A stretch of 64,000 nucleotides of DNA from IMG/VR virus record IMGVR_UViG_3300025195_000002. One strand, 5' to 3'. The notes below the pieces were generated by a model. The model did not search any database and was not told the DNA's origin. It saw nothing but the letters and a program-made list of their open reading frames with translations. Source of the DNA: a virus. Numbering within the stretch: the first letter of the stretch is position 1; each line of letters begins with the position of its first letter. Shown here piece by piece: positions 60,106-64,000 of this stretch. The position numbers and the translations under genes are program-made.

Positions 60106-60357
60106 ATGAAATGCAAAGCATGTAACGGTAACATGACGCTCGCATCAGGCCCCCATATGCCAAAAATCGCAATCTACACCTGTGAGTGTGGTGCCTTGGT
60201 TAAACGGGGGCTGGCTCAAAATGCGGGTACGACATGGATCCACCCTAACGGTAAGATTGAAACAGACCGAGCCTGTAATGTCCACATCAATGATCCTGAA
60301 TGTGATCATTGTGATGATGACATGTCTGGCTGGAAATTTGCTGTTGTAAGTGCGTAA
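60106..60357 (+). CDS. Small Cys-rich hypothetical protein
   Basis: CKAC, CECG, CDHC; GAGGA RBS. Confidence 0.6.
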   Translation: MKCKACNGNMTLASGPHMPKIAIYTCECGALVKRGLAQNAGTTWIHPNGKIETDRACNVHINDPECDHCDDDMSGWKFAVVSA

Positions 60358-60365
60358 GTATAATT

Positions 60366-60394
60366 CGGATGGTTCACCATCCGTCTTATGCCGT
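60366..60394 (+). terminator. Hairpin + TATGCCGT
   Basis: CGGATGG-TTCA-CCATCCG then TCTTATGCCGT. Confidence 0.65.
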
Positions 60395-60409
60395 ACTAGT
60401 CATTTATAG

Positions 60410-60424
60410 ACCTACATTACTTAA
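60410..60424 (+). promoter_or_regulatory. phiKZ-type early promoter motif ACCTACATTACTTAA
   Basis: Intergenic, upstream of 60439..60744. Confidence 0.75.
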
Positions 60425-60438
60425 ATGATGGATAATTA

Positions 60439-60744
60439 ATGGAGTTAAATATGGTAGTAGAGCGGAAACATCTTTTGTATATATTAAAAGAAATAGAAGG
60501 TAATGACTTAATTAAAGAAAGTGAGTTAATAGACACACTGGCTATTGAAAAACATTATCCTTCTTTGAAAATGTTAGTCAATCCTACTTTCATCTCTTCA
60601 GACGGGCGGGTGTCTGAGGAAGCGTTGTTGTATTTTCACAATAACGGTCATGAAATAGAGGTCTCATACCCTGATGGTGTACGTGGTTATATGATTTTAA
60701 CTATACATACTAACAAGGGTTCTATTCAGTTTTCACCAGGTTAG
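60439..60744 (+). CDS. Hypothetical early protein (paralog of next gene)
   Basis: Downstream of an early promoter; similar to 60749..61045. Confidence 0.65.
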   Translation: MELNMVVERKHLLYILKEIEGNDLIKESELIDTLAIEKHYPSLKMLVNPTFISSDGRVSEEALLYFHNNGHEIEVSYPDGVRGYMILTIHTNKGSIQFSPG

Positions 60745-60748
60745 AGGG

Positions 60749-61045
60749 ATGGTTATGTCTAAAGAAATAGAAAAGGCAAATGCATTATTTGATATACTTA
60801 AAGCAATTGAATCTAATGATCAGATAGAAGCAACTGATAGATTAAATGATGAGTTATTAGAATCTATATATCCTGGTCTTGGAAGTTTGATCGAAGATGT
60901 ATTTATAACCCCTGGAGGCAATCCTCACTATGGGATGATTAATGTGTTTGAAGATAATGGGATTAAAGTAGGTCCTGGGGAAACTGATCGATTTGGTTGG
61001 GTGACGGGTATAATTTCGTCATCTAAAGGTAATATTGTATTTTAA
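60749..61045 (+). CDS. Hypothetical early protein
   Basis: GETDRFGWVTGIISSSKGNIVF C-terminus. Confidence 0.65.
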   Translation: MVMSKEIEKANALFDILKAIESNDQIEATDRLNDELLESIYPGLGSLIEDVFITPGGNPHYGMINVFEDNGIKVGPGETDRFGWVTGIISSSKGNIVF

Positions 61046-61056
61046 AGGACTGGGCT

Positions 61057-61608
61057 ATGTGGGCTAAGAAAACGGTAAGGGCTCCTGCTAATTTTGAAAA
61101 GGCTAATGACTTTGTAATAGACTATTATGCTATTGTTAATGCAGTTGAATGTCGAGTGGTAATTGATCCTGAATTCGATAAGATGATTTGTAATGTACTC
61201 TATAGTTGGATTCATAAAATCGGAATGGTAGCGGACCCTAAGCTCCATGAAATCTCTGTTCGGGTTAGGCTATGTCTTGATCTGACTCGCTATATATCTA
61301 ACTGTAGGACATTTACTAACGATCCTAGTACCCAACCTGGTATTTTGTTACAGACTATTGAATTTATGCTTTCTAGACTTGACATTGGTACAGCTCTTGA
61401 AGAAGACTTTGCATTTCCATCATCATTATTCAATAGTAATGAGTCAATTTGTCAGATTAGTTTATCTGAGGATATCAGCCAAACCTATGGAGAGGCATTA
61501 ATATCAATGTTTGAAGAGTTATTGATGAAAGCGGTAATTGATGACTTAACCTTAACTATTTATAAATTTCCCTCCAATAAAACGCATGTGATAAAGCCAG
61601 TCAAATAA
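61057..61608 (+). CDS. Hypothetical protein
   Basis: 183 aa; AAGGA RBS. Confidence 0.6.
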   Translation: MWAKKTVRAPANFEKANDFVIDYYAIVNAVECRVVIDPEFDKMICNVLYSWIHKIGMVADPKLHEISVRVRLCLDLTRYISNCRTFTNDPSTQPGILLQTIEFMLSRLDIGTALEEDFAFPSSLFNSNESICQISLSEDISQTYGEALISMFEELLMKAVIDDLTLTIYKFPSNKTHVIKPVK

Positions 61609-61631
61609 CTTTACATTATAAGGATTTTAAC

Positions 61632-62132
61632 ATGACGCTACCTATCAGTGAGAGTGAAACACCTTTCCTAATTTGGTTTGAGCAATTTATTAGCGATATT
61701 AATCAATGGAATTACAGTGACCATGAAGCTGAAGCTAAACTGTTACAATCTCTTCGTGATCAAGTTGTTGAGGTAATAGAGAACTACCACCAACACATAG
61801 GCGAACCCAATTATGTCATAGGGCAATGTATCGTGCTCTATTGGCTTACTATTCAGTGTCGTAATCTAGGTATTGGAGACGTCGATACGGGAGAGTACTC
61901 TTTACGTAATGATATCTTTGACCTACTTAAACAAAACTCAGTAGCAACTATTATCATTGGTAGTGTCCATCAAGATGGTAATTTGATGTTAGGAAACTAT
62001 GGGCGGGCGACCATTGCAATTGACCAAAGTCATTATGATCAATCTGTTGATGTATTAACTTGCATCTTTACAAAGTTACGCTATGAATGTGTTGTAGATG
62101 ATAATGTACTATCGCTCTTTAAAGCAAATTAA
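61632..62132 (+). CDS. Hypothetical protein
   Basis: 166 aa; AAGGA RBS; followed by a hairpin. Confidence 0.6.
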   Translation: MTLPISESETPFLIWFEQFISDINQWNYSDHEAEAKLLQSLRDQVVEVIENYHQHIGEPNYVIGQCIVLYWLTIQCRNLGIGDVDTGEYSLRNDIFDLLKQNSVATIIIGSVHQDGNLMLGNYGRATIAIDQSHYDQSVDVLTCIFTKLRYECVVDDNVLSLFKAN

Positions 62133-62135
62133 ATC

Positions 62136-62168
62136 AGGTGGTAGGGTAAAACCTACCACCTATGCCGT
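62136..62168 (+). terminator. Hairpin + TATGCCGT
   Basis: AGGTGGTAGG-GTAAAA-CCTACCACCT-ATGCCGT. Confidence 0.7.
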
Positions 62169-62185
62169 GTTAGAAATATTCATAC

Positions 62186-62200
62186 ACCTATATTACTTAG
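62186..62200 (+). promoter_or_regulatory. phiKZ-type early promoter motif ACCTATATTACTTAG
   Basis: Intergenic, upstream of 62249..63460. Confidence 0.8.
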
Positions 62201-62248
62201 ATGAACGTTTACCATAAAGTAACATTCTTTTAAATTAAGGAACGTATT

Positions 62249-63460
62249 ATGTTTAGTCAGCAATACCGTAGTAACAATCAATCATGGTCTAGTAATAAAG
62301 CAATTAAAAGTTCTATAGAGTACCACCATATCACTGACGATATACTATCAGGTAGAATCAAAAATATCGACACGCTGGTGAGATGTTGTCTGAAGTTACG
62401 TGATGAATTAATGAACTTTAATGGGGTTGATTTTACCACCCCAATCAGTAAACTCCAATATGAGTTTTTATTGTTAATGTATAAATGGGTAATTGCTTCG
62501 AGTTTAGATAACACTGATGTCATTAAGCAGTTTAACATTAACATACCTGAGGTGCAGAAAACGCTGCTATCTACGTTATTTGAAGCATGGACAGATGTCT
62601 CTGCGGACAAACCTCTGTCTAAAGGCATTAACCAATGTCATTATAAATGTAAAAATGATGAGATACAATACATTTTAGATCTGCTAAACCATGCTGGTAT
62701 GACCGCTGTTCAACGTGGTAATAATGTTTATCTTGTCGATATTGATTTTCAGATAAGGTTCTCTGTTACCGACACATTCAATAAGGAACTTAGTGTTAAA
62801 TATGGTGACGCTACTATCAGAAATTCGACATGGTCAGAGTCTGAGTGGAAAGAAACCCCACCACGCTCTGATAATGCAAAAAGAACTGACAGTATTTGGA
62901 ATAGTGCGGGACAGAGTCGTTCTCAGAAAGACATCGGTGACATGTCTATATTGAACACTATGTCTGAACTATACGCTGGCGATGGTTCTATCACACCAGT
63001 AGATGCAGAGGATGATACTATTGCTAAAGCGATGGATGCCATCATTGACGTTGCTGACCGCTCTGAATTAGAGATTCGTGAGAACTGGATTGTGACTGGA
63101 TCAGACGGTGAACTCTTAAAGAACTTACCTAGACGTTATATCAACACTTTCTTTGGTTACAATAAGAAGTTAGAGACACGTCAAGATATAGTGGCGCGTT
63201 ATCTACTCGCTCATCTATGTATAAAGATGGGTGTAGATAAGGAATTGTTTAAAGTAGTGTGTGATATGTTTTCTACATTACCCAAATATCTTAAACAGGT
63301 AGTAGAAAGTGTTAATGTACAGTACCTAATTATGGGTCAACCTACATTTAGTAAATCATCACTGTCTAGTCAAAAGTCACTATCAAAGAAAACGACTAAG
63401 GTTATTGAAGAAGCGATGGTGTTATTATTCAATAACGATATTGGCATTACTTACAAATAA
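62249..63460 (+). CDS. Hypothetical early protein
   Basis: 403 aa; follows an early-promoter motif; AAGGA RBS. Confidence 0.65.
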   Translation: MFSQQYRSNNQSWSSNKAIKSSIEYHHITDDILSGRIKNIDTLVRCCLKLRDELMNFNGVDFTTPISKLQYEFLLLMYKWVIASSLDNTDVIKQFNINIPEVQKTLLSTLFEAWTDVSADKPLSKGINQCHYKCKNDEIQYILDLLNHAGMTAVQRGNNVYLVDIDFQIRFSVTDTFNKELSVKYGDATIRNSTWSESEWKETPPRSDNAKRTDSIWNSAGQSRSQKDIGDMSILNTMSELYAGDGSITPVDAEDDTIAKAMDAIIDVADRSELEIRENWIVTGSDGELLKNLPRRYINTFFGYNKKLETRQDIVARYLLAHLCIKMGVDKELFKVVCDMFSTLPKYLKQVVESVNVQYLIMGQPTFSKSSLSSQKSLSKKTTKVIEEAMVLLFNNDIGITYK

Positions 63461-63514
63461 TCTTATCTGTGGAAAGAATCAAAGATCATTTACATTGTAG
63501 ATGGATTTGATAGA

Positions 63515-63549
63515 AGAAGCTAGGAACGTCACGCCTAGCTTCTTTTTTT
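63515..63549 (+). terminator. Classical intrinsic terminator (stem + T-tract)
   Basis: AGAAGCTAGG...CCTAGCTTCT-TTTTTT. Confidence 0.65.
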
Positions 63550-64000
63550 GTCACCGTACGTCATTCTACGGTGCGTTAGCCCATATAGCCACCCAACCCA
63601 TCGTCTTCCTCCTTGCAGTCCGCTACGCGCGTCCTAGCGCCTGTCCAAATCGCCCTACTTGTATATTTTTTTGTTTCTGTTTTAATAAATTTGATGTTTA
63701 ATTTATAAAACTACTTGGTTGATGGTATTTCATTATTTATTAAATTATTTATACTTAAAATTATTAGTTACTTGTTATTATTACTAACTATTAGTTACTT
63801 GTATTTTTTAAAAAAATTAAATATATTAGTAGAAGAATTATTTTGAAACATTTTACTATTTAGTATATGAGCGGAGCGAAGCGACAACTCCATTCCCCCA
63901 AAGGGGGGATTATTAGAATCCCCCCAGGAGAGGAAGGTTGAGATGGGGGGCCGTGGGGGGAAGAGAAGGAAACCCAAACGTACAAAAAGCGCAGTGACAC
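63550..64000. other. Non-coding AT-rich/structured region (origin-like)
   Basis: No credible ORF; ~200 bp very AT-rich tract with a 14-bp direct repeat, GAGCGGAGCGAAGCG, and C/G-run hairpins. Confidence 0.45.

Noticed and set aside
63501-63977. ORFs 63501..63701 and 63795..63977
   Set aside because: Low-complexity translations across a terminator and an AT-rich tract, with no RBS; treated as non-coding.
1-64000. Alternative genetic code, tRNA or rRNA genes
   Set aside because: Long genes translate intact in the standard bacterial code with dense packing; no cloverleaf/T-loop or rRNA signatures noticed by eye (tRNAscan-SE not run).

Overview
This 64 kb window reads as part of a phiKZ-like (Chimalliviridae-type) jumbo myophage genome, roughly 40% GC by eye; the host cannot be determined from the sequence. 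The assignment rests on two split virion-RNA-polymerase subunit genes (a beta C-terminal fragment at 45172-45840 and a beta' fragment with DYDGD at 58413-60035), a 2276-aa gp181-like tail protein, a long RNase HI, a RecA/UvsX, an SbcC-like ATPase, a central spike, a probable portal running off the left end, and five copies of a TAYATTAC early-promoter motif. Accessory content: a nucleotide-metabolism cluster (RuvC, DEDDh exonuclease, DHFR, dimeric dUTPase, TMK); a holin/spanin-like membrane cassette with no endolysin, plus a second spanin-like pair; an alpha/beta hydrolase; and an ~18 kb minus-strand tail-fibre module with three tandem ~950-aa paralogs and three small proteins sharing a fibre N-terminal motif. 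That module is interrupted by a plus-strand cassette encoding a 28-aa-repeat (ankyrin-like) protein and a tandem-duplicated HNH endonuclease. Non-coding features include a recurrent hairpin+TATGC(CG) element at gene junctions and a structured AT-rich region at the right end. No tRNA, rRNA, CRISPR array, integrase or reverse transcriptase was recognised. phiKZ gp numbers are recalled from motifs and synteny, not from a database search, and need HMM confirmation.
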